Of a DNA stretch of 64,000 nucleotides, positions 12,637-25,964 are shown piece by piece (within the stretch, counting starts at the first letter, position 1; each line of letters begins with the position of its first letter). The stretch comes from Eledone cirrhosa (Eukaryota), in the NCBI GenBank assembly GCA_964016885.1, contig OZ024745.1, forward strand, positions 133,362,001 to 133,426,000. The letters run 5' to 3'. The notes under the pieces were generated by a model, which worked only from the letters and a program-made list of their open reading frames with translations, made no database searches and was not told the DNA's origin. The translations under genes were made by a program, and so were the position numbers.

Positions 12637-13482
12637 GTGTGAAATAACAACACAGAGGAGGGGCAACCTTCATTTAAAATCCTTTCATAGCACCTTCTTT
12701 AAGAAAACGGAATTCAGAGATCTACAGACATGGAACTGGTTAAAAAGAGGAGACCTTCATGAGCTACGGAAAGAATGCTAATGGTTGCGCAAGAGTAAGC
12801 CCTTAAAACGAAGTGGGTGAAACACCATATTGACAAGGAGGAGGCTAGCTCACTCTGTCGGGTCTGTGAAGAGAGAGAGGAGACTGTGCCTCACATTTTA
12901 TCCGAGTGTAAACACCTAGCCCAGACTCACTGTAAAGGCTGGATACATGATATGATAGGAAAGGTGATTCACTGGCATCTATGCAAACTAATACAATTTA
13001 CCACATTCTGAGAAGTAGTATGAGCATAAGTCAGAGTAGGTGATAAAAAACGCTCAAGTGAAGGGGCTATGGTATTTCAGTATACAGATGGACAAGAAAT
13101 TACAACACAATAGGCCTGACCTGGTGGTTTTGGACAAGCAAAAAAGACCGTGCCTCATTGTAGATGTAGCCTGCCCGAGAGTGCAAGAAAAGGAGAAGTA
13201 AATAAACCGATACCAGGATTTGAAGAGGGAGTTAAAAAGGATTTGCAACCGATCAAGATCGTCCCAATTCTCATAGGAGCACTAGGTACTATCTCAGAGA
13301 GTTTCCAAGGATGGTTAAAGAAGATTAGTCTAGCCCCGTTTTTTGGAACACTTCAAAAGGCATGCTTGTTGGGAACAGCAAGAACCCTCCGATACGTCCT
13401 GAATGTCTGAGGCTGCAGGTAGCGGCCTGATATTCATTTCAGCAAACTTTCCAGTTAAATAACATCAATGAGTGAGACTCAA
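12637..13482 (+). mobile_element. R4/Dong family A-related, diverged 5'-truncated copy
   Basis: CRVCEEREETVPHILSEC, GTLQKACLLGTARTLRYVLNV with stops and frameshifts; ends in (TAA)n. Confidence 0.9.
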
Positions 13483-15370
13483 ATAATAATAATAATAGTA
13501 ATTTCTTTATTGGCTAACAGGGTCGAAATATTAGCGACAATAGTTATAAAGAAGCACATTGAGATCTTTATATTTGGATACATTTTCCATACATACAAAC
13601 ACTTGTGTGTGTTTATTTGAGAACTGTAGTATAAATATTGCTTTATTTATTAAGAATGTATACATATACAGTGATTTTGTTCCGAGATATTCCTTTAGAA
13701 GCTGTGTGATTCCCATCCGTTCTTCGTTCGGTATGCAAAGAACTGATATGGTGAAATCCTGGGAAATTGGAGACAATCCTGGGAAATTGTAAATGATTAT
13801 ATCATTTATATTTCATAGCTTTATTTACTACCATTCAATGCTTATCCATATTTGTCTTTGATATAGAGGTATTGGATTTCTTTATGGTAAATCTTAATAT
13901 TCGCTCCAACATTAATGTTCAAAGTAAATTGTATATGACGCAGTCTCCATATGTAGCTCCATATGTTTTTGAGCATTGACTAATAAATACTGAGTTCGTA
14001 ATCATAATTTAACTCTTCAAGATATATTTAGATCTAAGATCGATGTGATGTGATTTCTATTTGTTAAATTATAAGGGATTTATCTATGTAAAGGGTACAG
14101 GAGTAACATTTTAAAATGTTAAACCCATTAACTTGTCAAATGCTAAAATATTTTAAACGCATTAACTTTTCCAATGGGCATTCCCACCAAGCCCACTCTC
14201 CCTATGCACACAAATGCCATATCTTAATAATCCTCTAGATATCATTATATTAGATATTTTCCCTATAGGTTTGCCCTAAAAAGCGCACCTAACTAATATC
14301 ATTATATAAGTTTTATATTTATTTTATAGATCATAGTTACACGTTTAATAGATATTCTATAATGACCAAGTTCGGAAATAGTGATATATTTCTATATTAC
14401 GTTCGTCTTTACTATTTCGTGTAAATATTTATATATTATATAATAAGTTTCAGAACTATTAATTTTAAGTATATCCACAAGGAGAAACACACAGAGCAAA
14501 TAAAATATTCATTAGTCAGATAAAGGTTTATGTAAAAAAAAAACGCCTTTTGGCAAAATAAATTTACGAGCCCTTCATGAAATCACATAGAGAAAACAAA
14601 CAGGAATCAGACAGCCTGGAAGCAAGACCAATTAATTGATTGCGGGTGTACCTCATTATTTTTCAGCCTTATCAGGCGGCCATAATAAATTTTCTACTTA
14701 AAGGTGCCCATATACTGCTGAAAGTTCATGCTATGCTGGTTTCAAAGCATTCAGTTGTTTAGTCAGATCATCAGCGGCATACCATACAGCAGTGTGCCTG
14801 TTTAGTTTCAATAAGAAAGCTATTATAACAATGCTCATAAATAGCGAAGAATCGCCTTACATGTTTCTTTTCTCGTTTGTGAAATATGTTTTAACTATCG
14901 TCCTTCATTTACGATACGATATTTCTTAGTTGGATGCATTTTATTAGAATATATTCTTCTCACTTTCCAATGTCTCAAGTGTCTGCTATAATATTTTCAA
15001 TGTTTATGTCTTCAAGGGACCCCTTCTAGCTTTTTCTCTTTAGAGTTATAAATATTATATAGGTATATTTACTGGTGAAAATCTTCTAAAGATGGTTACT
15101 ATCAACTTTATGCTTGTTATACCTTGAGAAATTGGCCTTCTCAATTGAAATGTATATTCATTTTCAATCAGCAAGGCAATACATTTCCTGTATATACATG
15201 TGTACGTGGGTCTATTTGTATACCTATGGCGAGTGTTTTCGCGTATGCTTGTGTATGAACGTTTATGGATGCGTGTATGTATTTATTTAATTTCAATTAC
15301 CTCTGTATTTTATTTACTTTATTCTTAACTCTGAAGCCGAGAATCATTCGGTTTCCTAGTTAGAATTCTT

Positions 15371-15637
15371 GTCTACGACTTCAGTTATATCATTTACGTG
15401 GTTTTGTCTTTGTGTGCAATTGTTGTTCCGCTCCACATATGACGTATTATCTTGGTTTTTTTTCGTTCATTGCCAGAGAAGGTCTCTATGAACCACCTAA
15501 GAGAATATTAGTCTACGACTTCTTTTATACCATAAACGTGGTTTTGTCTTTGCGTGTAATTGTTTTTCACCGCTCCAAATAATGACGTATTATATTCGTT
15601 TTTTCCCGTTCTTTGCCAGGGAACGTTTCCACGAACC
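15371..15637. repeat. ~130-bp diverged tandem duplication
   Basis: gtctacgacttc...acgtggttttgtctt...tgacgtattat at 15371 and 15511. Confidence 0.7.
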
Positions 15638-16037
15638 AAAGTATCGCCTTCCTGTCTTCTTCCGGTTGCAACGTTTTGAGAAATATTCACTTCTGCGTTC
15701 ACAAATTGACTTTGTTAGTTTCAGAAGATCCCGTTAAGGATGAAAGCAGCGATTCTTTGCTTACAATTTAATCTGTTATTTTAATAATTATATATATATA
15801 TATGCATGTGTGTGTGTTTGTGTGGGTCTGTGTGAGTGTTCGTGTGTGGTTGTTTGTGTGTGAGTTTGTGTGTGTGTATCCCTGCTTCAATCAGAGGTAA
15901 CCACAGTAAGTAAGGTACTCAATACATAGTAGAATATACAATGTTTTATATAGAAATGGCTTCTACTGGACTAGAACTGTTTGAATGGAAGGAAATCATC
16001 AGGGCTTACCTGATGATTTCCTTCGAATGAAACAGTT

Positions 16038-16096
<59 letters not shown>

Positions 16097-16099
<3 letters not shown>

Positions 16100-17877
16100 T
16101 TCTTTTTTAGCCACAAGGGCACAAAAGAAGGGGACAAATACAAATGGGGAGTTTACATACAGGTATATGAAAATAAAACTATTAATACAATAACGAATAA
16201 CAATTGAAATCCCCAATAGGGAGGAGGTGTTTCACAGAAAAAATGTACAACCCTCATCTCCAGGAGCACCAAGAGTGAGTACTCCCTTCCCCTCTTCCTC
16301 TTTTTCCTCAACCTACAGGCTTATATAGAGAGATGGCCCAACCACTCGGGCCATCTTTGCCACATTCACCATCTTTTATAAAATTTGCTGGGGTACACCA
16401 CCTCTCTCTCCATCCTGATTCTTCTTCCAAAATGATATTTGAAAAAACGAATCTGTTCCTCGCCGGAGAGAAAGCTGTCTGACCTCAGCCCTTTTAACCT
16501 CGTCCACCATATAATCTCTTTCACCATAGCCATAACACATAGGAAAACCGCCTCTCCCTCATTTTTTAAGGAGGGTGGCGGTTTGATCATGACAATGGAC
16601 TCGGTGGTCAACTGGATTGGTCCCACCCGTGGCAATAGTCGTTCTACATAGCCCCACAGGTCGGTAACGCTCGGGCAGTGTACAAATGCGTGTGCGACGG
16701 TTTCCTCGTCGCGCACGCATCTCGGACATATCTTTTTCGAAGGGTCCCTACCGGGCGCCCGTGTCTGTAGAGCTTGTCTCGAACTGGTAGAGATCCTCGG
16801 TAGCACTGCCAAGCCAGAGACTTTTGGAAGTTGTCCATTGGTCCCGGGCGGAAGGTCCTACCTAACAGACTGGCCAGTTCCTTCTCCTCTACGCCTAGAG
16901 TTTCTCCGAGCGTGTCGTCGCACTTGCTGCGGACCAACCCACTATAGAATGTCGAAGTGGAGTCTCCACTGATCGCCGGGTCCGTTTGCCAGAGGACTGT
17001 GAGCGCCTGAGCACATTCGATTTGCCAGTCGCCCATTTTCCTCGGTCTTTGCTTGACCCAGGTCTGCAGCTCGGTCAGCGAGACAAGTCGTGGGAAGGCT
17101 CGCCTCACGAACGGGGCCCACACCGGTTGTCTGGTGAGGAATACGTGGAGGTGCCGCAGCCTGAGCGCGTGTTTTCGCATCGTCAGCCACGGCATCCTCA
17201 GCCCTCCATTTGAAGGGTGTTGGCAGCAGATTGATCTTCTTACCAAAGGAGCCCGTTTCTTCCAAAGGATATAGAAGAGCGCGCTCTCCATTTTGGTGCG
17301 CGTTTTGGCTGGACAAAGCACAACGGTCAAGCGGTAGTAGATGACGGACGCTATAAAAGTGTTCGCCACCTCAGCTCGACATTTCAAGGATAGTTTGCAC
17401 TCGGCCCACTTCTGGGTGAGCGCAAACACCTTTGCCGTCACCTCGTTCCAGTTCTTCTCCACCTGGAGGTCAGGACCAAACCAGACCCGGAGCAGCTTTA
17501 CCGGTCCTTCCGTCCAGCGTCCAACGACGTCATCGTAAGGCATCGGTTTGTCTCTCCACGTTCCGAGTTGCAAACCGACGGATTTTTCCCGGTTCAGCTT
17601 CGCTCCTGTGAACCTTTCGTATTTCTCCAGTAAGGTGCCGATCTCCCCGATTTGCGAGGTGCTCGACACCATTACTGTCACGCCGCTTTTCGCAGTCCCG
17701 GTTCCAAAGGGATGGCCTGAAATAGCTCCAACATCTGCAGTAGTGCCTCGAGGGTCAGTACGTACAGAAGGGAGGAGAGAGGGCATCCTTGTCGGATGGA
17801 TCGCATGATATAGAACGGCTCCGAGAGGTAGCCGTTCACCTTGACCCTTGAGCTGTTGCTGTTGTGCATTGCAGCAA
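16097..17877 (-). mobile_element. Tx1-clade LINE, 5'-truncated, 3' end on (TC)n
   Basis: RSIRQGCPLSSLLY, KLNREKSVG, CPRC..ETVAHAFVHC; homologous to 19753-21300; flanked by (GA)n and (GATA)n. Confidence 0.88.
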
Positions 17878-17902
17878 AGATAGATAGATATATTTCTTTA
17901 AT

Positions 17903-17937
<35 letters not shown>

Positions 17938-17938
17938 T

Positions 17939-18005
<67 letters not shown>

Positions 18006-18108
18006 TAGATAGATATATTCGAGCCACTTTCTTCCACATAAAACAAAGGTAACATTCGAACATCTATCAGATGCGAGAAAAACCACAAACCATCGATCTC
18101 AATTTCTA

Positions 18109-18144
18109 CTTTTGAAAAGCATAAGGACTGTGAAACCGGTAAAG
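18109..18144 (+). ncRNA. minimal type I hammerhead, U3-A8 variant
   Basis: ctt-TTGAAAA-gca.taaggac.tgt-GAAA-ccgg-TA-aag, within a ~250-bp element ending in (TA)n. Confidence 0.55.
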
Positions 18145-18281
18145 GAACCTAATAAATATTGTTAAAAAAAACTCCAGTTGCATTTTCGATTTCATCTTTT
18201 TCCCTTATACTTTCACTCGTGTAGGACAACTCCTTTTTTTTCATTTTGAAAAAAAAACTCATTTTCTAATATATATATATA

Positions 18282-18377
<96 letters not shown>

Positions 18378-18854
18378 CATATATACATACATATATACAT
18401 ACATATATACATATAAAGATACATACATATATGAATACATGCATATATATATAGGCATATATACATATATACATACATATATACATACAAATATATACAT
18501 GCATACATGCATACATACATTCATATATATACATACATATATATATTTGCTTACATACATACATATATGCATACATACATGCATACATATATACATGCAT
18601 ACACGCATGCCTACATACATGCATACATGATGATGGCTACCCCTCGTTATCGAGTATGGCCATTGCACGAGAAAAAAAAAATATATATATATATACACAT
18701 ATTTTAATAACAATAATAATAATAATAACAATAATAATAATATACATATATATATATATATATACACACACGCACATAAACATATCTATACACATATCTA
18801 TACACATAAACATATCTATACACATAAACATATCTATATACACACACATACGAT

Positions 18855-19445
18855 AGCAACTAACAGCGCTGCGATCGAATGTGGCTTTTTAGCCCAGCCA
18901 ATGATCTAAAATGTCTTGCACAGAGTCGGCAACCAAAACATTCACTGGGAATAGCCAGCTGTATTTGGAGTTCATGTAATTTTGCATGTCGTTTGAGCCC
19001 GCCTGCTGATTTACATTCTCTACCACATGCTTGGCAAGCATGATGAGTAGCATCTCCAACAGCAACCTGGTGAACACACTGCACATCCTGTCTGTCACGC
19101 ATCCTGACTAGGACGTAGTCCAAAAGATGCCATTCCTTAGATGCAGGATGCATCCATGTGGTCTTGAATTTGTTCTTTTGTTGTCAAGATGTCAAGATCG
19201 TAACGTCGAAGCTCCTTTGCAACAAGAGCGGTCCTTCGTTCAGGACGCCCCAAGGAATCCCTGTCAAGCAGCGTCCGTACGTTCCAGCAGCCAAGACTAA
19301 ATGCCTTGTTTGACTCTATTACAATGGCACGATGACGAGCGGGCCCAGGCTGTGATAACCTGGGGTCCTTTACCTTATGGCCAATTATCTTTTTTGTTTC
19401 AGAACCTAAATTGCCATTTATCTCTTTTATATAGTTCTGGAACAT
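18855..19445 (-). mobile_element. internally deleted RTE-clade LINE
   Basis: WNVRTLLD..RPERRTALVAKEL (APE start), MHP.SKEWHLLDYVLV (APE end), then two C2H2 fingers; RT absent. Confidence 0.8.
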
Positions 19446-19752
19446 CATTGAATTGGAAAAACAAAAAAAAAAAAAAAAAAAAAGTAATAATGATAGTAAC
19501 AATAATAATGTTTTCTTTATTAACCACAAGGGTTCACATAAAGTAGACATTAAGGACAGTACAGGACAATACAGGACGGTACAAATGGGCATTTCTGCGT
19601 GTAAAAAAACAGAGGTTGAAATAAAATAACAAAGAAAAATTCCCCAATAGGGGGGAGACTTCCAAGGGACATTTGTGGAGAAAGCCCATTAAAAGACCAC
19701 AGTGGCCCTGACCACCAGGGCAAGTGCCCTCTCCCAGTTTTCCACCTTTAAT

Positions 19753-22700
19753 TTACAGACACATACTCAGAGAAGGCCCATTCATTCGGGCCATACTTGC
19801 TTCTCTCACCCATCTTTCAACAAAATGCTGGGAAGAGAGCACTTCCCTCTCTACCCTGATTTTCCTTTTCAAATGAAATTTGAAAAGGTTAATCAGGGCA
19901 TCACCGAAGAGGTAGGTGCTCGTCTTCAGCCCTTTCAAACGTGTCCACCATACTATCTCTTTCGCCATGGCCACCAGACAGATAAAAACTGCCTGCCCTT
20001 CCAGACTAAAGGAAGGGGGCCGGGCAATCCTCACGATGGACTCAGCTGATAGCTGGATCCGTCCTACACGTGACAGCAGGTGTTCGACATAAACCCACAA
20101 GTCAGCAATGCTCGGACACTGGACGAGTGCGTGCAGGACGGTTTCGTCGCCCTGCGCGCATCTCGGACATGCCCGGCTGACGGCACCTCCATGCCTGTAG
20201 AGTTTATCCCGAACTGGCAAAGCTCCTCGGTAGCACTGCCAGGCCAGGGATTTCTGGAAGTTGTCCATAGGCCCCGGCCCGAAAGTCCTTCCGAAGAGAT
20301 TGGCTAGTTGATTTTCGTCGACGCCTAGAGTTTCTCCAAGTACGTCGTCGCTCTTCCCCTCCACTAATCCCCTATAGAACGCCAAGGTGGAGTTTCCACC
20401 GATCACATTGCCCGATTAGTCGAGGGCTGTGAGCGCCTGAAGACATTCCAGTCTCCAAACGCTCCCTCTCGGTCTTCGCTTGACCCAGGACTGCAGCTCC
20501 GTCAAGGAGACGAGCTGGGGAAAAACGTGTTTTGCAAACGGCGACGACACCTGATCACCGTCGAGGAAGAGGTGGAGATGTCGTAGCCTGAGCGCGTGTC
20601 TGCGCATCATCAGCCACGGCATGCCCAGCCCTCCACGTAGCGGGTGTTGACAGCAGATGGACCGCCTGACCATCGAAGCGCGTCCCTTCCACAAGAAGCG
20701 AAAGAGCAAACGCTCCAGCGCAGTCAGGCGGGGCTTAGGACAAGGTACGACGGTCAGGCGGTAGTAGATGACGGATGCGATGTACGCATTCGCCACCTCC
20801 GCTCGACCTTTCAGGGATAGCTTCCTCTCGGCCCATTTCTGGGTGAAAAGAAGCCACCCTGCTCGTCACCTCGTCCCAGTTTTTGTCCGTCTGGAGGTCT
20901 GGACCGAACCAGACCCCTAGCAATTTAACCGGTCCGTCCGTCCAGCGCCCGACGACGCTGTTGGACGGCATGGACCTGCCTCTCCAGGTGCCGAGCTGCA
21001 GGCCCACTGACTTTTCCTGGTTGATCATTGCTCCTGTCACCGCTTCGTATTCTCTTAGTGTAGTGCCGATCGCCTCGATGTGTTTGGCGTTCGACACCAC
21101 TACGGTGACATCGTCGGCATATGCTGACACGGATCTTCCGCATCCTAGTTCGCGCGGGACCCCCCTCAACGTCTCCAGTTTGTGCAGTAATGGCTCGAGA
21201 GTCAATACGTACAATAGGGACGAGAGGGGACATCCTTGGCGGACCGAGCGCATGATGTTGAACGGTTCCGAAAGGTGACCGTTCACTCTCACTACAGAGC
21301 AGATGTCGCTGTGCATGGCAGCGATCCAGCCTCTGAAGACGGGACCAAAGCCAGCCGCCCTCAGGACTGCCGTCAGGTAACGATGGTCGATCCTATCGAA
21401 GGCTTTCGACTGATCTAAATTGATCAAAGACCCACCCGTGCCAGGTTCCCTAGCTACCCTCTCTACGATGTATCGCATGAGGTGGAGGTTGTCGTGGATG
21501 GATCTGTCGGGAATGGCGCATGTCTGTGCCTCTCCCACCAGACCACCAACGACAAGCGCCAACCTCTTTGCTAGCACCTTGGCCAAAATCTTGAACTCTG
21601 TGTTTAGCAGAGTTATGGGCCTAAAAGTATCTATGTTATCCCCCTTGTTCTGATCCTTTCTCAGCAGCGCCACCGCTCCTCGGCTCACAGAGCTGGGAAT
21701 TCTCCCGTTCTGTTGCCAGTTGCAGTAGACGTCCGCCAAGAGGCCTCCGAACAAGTTTGGCATTTGTACGTAAAGTTCATAGGGCAGACCATCCAAACCA
21801 GGCGATTTACCCCTTGTGCAACTAGTCATTGCATCCCGTACTTCAGCGGTTGTTATCGGCTTTTCGCAACACTCCGCCTCAGTGGCCGAAAGCCGCGGCA
21901 GTCCGTCGAGGTAGACACTAAAGTCCATCCCTCGATCCGGCCCGCCACTGCCCCCGAACAGTTGAGCGAAGTGTCGCTGAAAAGCTTCACGCATTTGCCC
22001 GGGATCGAGTAGCATGCGCCCGTCGTGGTCCACCAAAGACCGGATCGTGGCTTTGTTGCACGACGCGCCTCCGCCACTCGGGCCCATTGAACGGCTTTCG
22101 TCCCCTCGTGTCTGAGAGCACGCACCCTAGCTCTGACAACGCAGCCTTCGTGCTTTGCATTGAAGAATTGGTCAAGGGCCAATTTCGCCGCAAGTACGTC
22201 GGTCGCGATGCCTTTGCTAAGCGCCTCATCTAATTTTCTAACTAATTCTCCCTCTGCTCTATTTTTCTCTATTGCTAAAGTCTTACTAAACCTAATGGAC
22301 TCTATTCTAATTGCTCTTTTCAGAGCAAACCACCACTTGTTGTTGACGATGGCCCCCGTCAACGCCCGCTTAACTAGTTCGCTAATCCGGTCTCTGTAGG
22401 CCTTGCGCGCTGGTAAGGACGCGTTTAATTTCCAGTAGCCGGGTCCTCGTCTATGAAGCCTATCTAAGTCAAGCACACAGATCACGAATTTGTGGTCCGT
22501 GTAGCTGACTATCTTGAATTGTGGACAGCCTATGCTAGACCTATCTATTTCCCTACAAAATACTCTATCTAGATATGATCTGGATGACCCTATGCGATCT
22601 GTCCAAGTCCACATTGGTACATTCGGGAAATCCATTCGGTACCTGTCAGACAGTTCAAAACGTCTGAGCAGGTCGGTGAGACTCTTGCACCCTCCTTCCC

Positions 22701-23172
22701 TATCCACTAATCCCACACAATTCTAGCGTGCATCTAAGATCCCGTTCCAGTCGCCCACTAACACTAAAGAGCGGGACGTTCCAAGAAAGGTCTCCAGACG
22801 CCGGAAGAAATCAGGCCGCCCTGCTCCTGTCGGGGCATAGACGGCCACTAACCTGAAAGCTTGCCCGTCTCCGCTGGTCACGTCCAGCACCACCAACTTA
22901 CCTTCTGGGTCCAGGAAGATGGCCCGTATGGCAAGATCCAAACCTCTCCGAAAAAGCACAGCAACTACTCTCCCCGATCCCGGACGGCTGGGAGATGCGT
23001 ACACATCGTAGCCGCCGAAGATCGGTGCGAAACCCTGTGCTTCGGAGATTCTGGTCTCGCTGATGGCCACTACATCTATGTTTAGTGACCTGAGGTCGTT
23101 GAGCAGGTGGCCCTGCTTCCATGACGACCCCAAGCCACGCGCATTTATGCTGCCTATTCTGAGTGAGGTCAT
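19753..23172 (-). pseudogene. Tx1 ORF2 (AP endonuclease + reverse transcriptase)
   Basis: SINARGL, SET, VYAP, GDWN, LDR, TDH, KSPGLDG, FRPITLLN, QGCPLS, YADD, CPRC..H..C; two in-frame stops and two frameshifts. Confidence 0.9.
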
Positions 23173-23206
23173 GTTGAAAAGGAGTGGAAAAGATGGGAAA
23201 GACCAC

Positions 23207-25317
23207 TTACCTTACTTCTCGTAGGGGAAGGACGGCTTTTCCATCCTTTTCACTGCTTGTGGCCTCCTCAGGAAGGATGTCCTTATAAATCCTCCTGGAG
23301 AGTGCTTGTCGGAAGTCTCCGATGTCTTTGGGGAATTTTTGTTTTAGTGTCATGTACGTTTTCTGTGTGATGCGAGTGATTTGTATGTGTGGAGGTGGTG
23401 TGAATTTTGGGGTTGTTGTGTAGTCTTTTTCTGTGATGCTGGTGTTGTGTTGGATGTAGTGTAATAATTGCTTGTTGTTCAAATTTAATTGTTTCTACTT
23501 TAGGCACAAGGACAGCAATTAGCCAGTGCATTACTGGTACTTTATTTTATCGACCCCGTAAGGATGAAAGGAAAAGTCAACCTCGGCGGGATTTGAACTC
23601 GTTCAAATTTAATGCTGTGTAGTGTGTATCGTTTTGGTTGTTTTGTTTTGTTTGCGTTTGTTGTGGGTTTGTTTCTGTTTCGCATTTTGGTGACTTTTGT
23701 GGTGTAGGTGATGGTGGTGCTGGGGATAATGATGGTGATGGTGTTGGTGTTTGGATTGATGGGGTTGGTGATGCTGGTGTGGATGGTGGCATATCTGTCC
23801 TAACTTTTTTGTTTCTTAGTTTATTTGTTTCCCTCTGTATTTTGTTTTTGGAGGGGGAAGGAAGAGAATTTTTTCTTTTTTGGTTTCTTTTTTTTTTCCG
23901 GATATCGTTTCCCACTCCTCGTCGTCACAATCTGTCTCCAGTTGTGATAGGCCGGGGAGTGGAAAATCCTCCACAGCCGTTAGTTTTGGTTGTGGTGTGG
24001 TGGATGGTGTAGGCGCTGGTGCTAGTTCTGAAGCGTTGGGTGGTGGTGGTGTTGGTTTTGCTGGTGGTGGTAGTGGTGTTGGTTTTGCTACTGTTGCTGG
24101 GGTTGTTGCTGTTATAGTTGCTTCTGTTGTTGCTGCTACAGTTGTTGCTGCCATCTCTGCTACTGGTGGTGTTGATGGTTGTGTCACTGGGGTGGGTAGG
24201 AGAGGTGGCCTCAACCTTTTAGCCTGAGGGCAGAAAGCCCTTAGGTGGGTTCCTTCACCACAAACGACACACCTAGGTCTTCTGCCCTCGACAATTACCG
24301 TGAGGTGGCTGCCGTCAGTGAGGTCTATTACCTCTGGGATCTCCTCAATGCTTTTTTGGTCCGCTTGGATCAGGAGCTCCATCCCAGATCCGGACCAGTT
24401 TTCCTGCTTTTCTTTTGCTACTGCTATTATTTTCGTGTTGGCTTCGATGCCGGCGAGGACAGCCGCTATTAGCCAGGGAATTTCGATGGCCGATGGAACG
24501 TGGGTCACCCTGATCTTTACGAGTCTCTGGCCACAATAGCTTGGGACGAGTGTGAGGTCGTCACTTTTTAATGGGGCCATGGAGTGTTCTCTAGCCTCCT
24601 CTGGTGTTTCAAAGAACACATCCACGGTTCCATACTTTTGCCCACGTCTGATGTGGGTTTTTCTTGCCCACACATGTCCCAAAGCTTTTTGGATTTGGGA
24701 CTCGGATGCCCGTTCCACCCGGCGCGATTTTACATTTATTGTTCTATACGACACGGTGCACAGGCGCCGATGCTCCATTTTATTAGGTGGGGGGTGAGGC
24801 TGACCCTGTACCCATCTTTCTTTACCATTTGTTTGGCATTTTCTAAATCTTCTTGAGTTACCGTGAACGCTTCGAATTGTTTTGCTACGATGGCGAAACT
24901 GAGGGTCGGTTTTATAATGTCATTGTTGTTGTTGTTGCTATCGTTAATATTAATTTTATTTTCAGTTGTGGTGGTGGTGACATCAGTCGTCTTTGGTGGG
25001 GAAGAGTCCATTTTGCTTGATTTCATTTCGACGTCACGAGTTAATTTATTTTTTTCTTCTTTTGTTTCTGTTGTCGCGGTGGTGGTGGTGGTGGTGGTGG
25101 TTGTCGCGCTGGTGGTGGTGGTGGAGGGTTTAACACCTGCAGTCATTGGTAATGGCGGGAAATGAATGTCTGCCTGAGACAAATTTGAAATATTGCTACT
25201 GCTTATATTTTTTTTTGTGTTGGCAAACGTAGTAACATTTACAATGGTGGTGTCGGTGTGAGGTGTTATTTTGTGAGGAAGGCTTTCAGCTGCTTCGTGC
25301 AGAGGGGAATTAGCCAT
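23207..25317 (-). pseudogene. Tx1 ORF1 (gag-like, zinc knuckle)
   Basis: pieces 24736-25317, 23816-24778 (CVVCGEGTHLRAFC), 23577-23915, 23207-23482; homopolymer frameshifts and a SINE insertion. Confidence 0.8.
23490..23600 (-). mobile_element. 5'-truncated SINE inserted in Tx1 ORF1
   Basis: 13-bp TSD gttcaaatttaat at 23477-23489 and 23601-23613. Confidence 0.9.
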
Positions 25318-25526
25318 TTTTTTTCAAAGAAATTTTTGGATAATAATAAAAGTTAAAATTTTGGGGACAAGGCCCCAATCGTTTTGGGTGTCCTTTTCGG
25401 AAAACAATGTATGTGTGCTTATAAACAGTTTACAATAAAATTTTCCATAAATGGCAATTTTTAAACAAACGGAAATAACAAACCTTTGCGGAGCTCACGA
25501 TAATACCATTTCCTACGTAGGTCGCC

Positions 25527-25576
<50 letters not shown>

Positions 25577-25577
<1 letters not shown>

Positions 25578-25964
25578 GACAAGAATGTATCTATAAAAAC
25601 ATTTGAAAAATTGAGCAAGTATAAGGACCTGGAGATAGAAATTGGAAAAATGTGGAAATTGAGAACTAAAACAATACCAGTGGTTGTAGGCGCTCTGGGA
25701 ATGATACCTAAGGGGTCTAACGACTACTTATCGCAAATCCCAGGAAACCCGCGTATAGGAGAAATACAAAAGATAGTACTAATGGGAACTGCCAATATGC
25801 TAAGGAAGATCCTGTCAATATAAGTACATCACAAGTCTAAACACTAAGGATGCATGTGTGAATATGTATGTTCTCTCTTGAACATGGCGGACCTTGTTGT
25901 CTCTTGAGGTCACTGGTTGTGACTTGGTGATAACTCGTATGAACATAAAGCAAGATAAATGCAA
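25577..25964 (+). mobile_element. R4/Dong family B, 3' fragment
   Basis: SKYKDLEIEIGKMW...LRKILSI plus 3'UTR; (TAA)n on both sides. Confidence 0.9.

Larger units (their letters stand above)
19510..25527 (-). mobile_element. full-length Tx1-clade LINE (ORF1 with CCHC knuckle; ORF2 APE-RT-Cys), disrupted
   Basis: ORF1 and ORF2 motifs as listed below; both ends abut (ATT)n on the element strand. Confidence 0.9.

Noticed and set aside
13698-13790. Possible exon after cctttag
   Set aside because: No recognisable protein and a weak donor site.
2663-25165. Plus-strand ORFs overlapping the minus-strand LINEs
   Set aside because: Antisense shadows of retrotransposon ORFs with no motifs.
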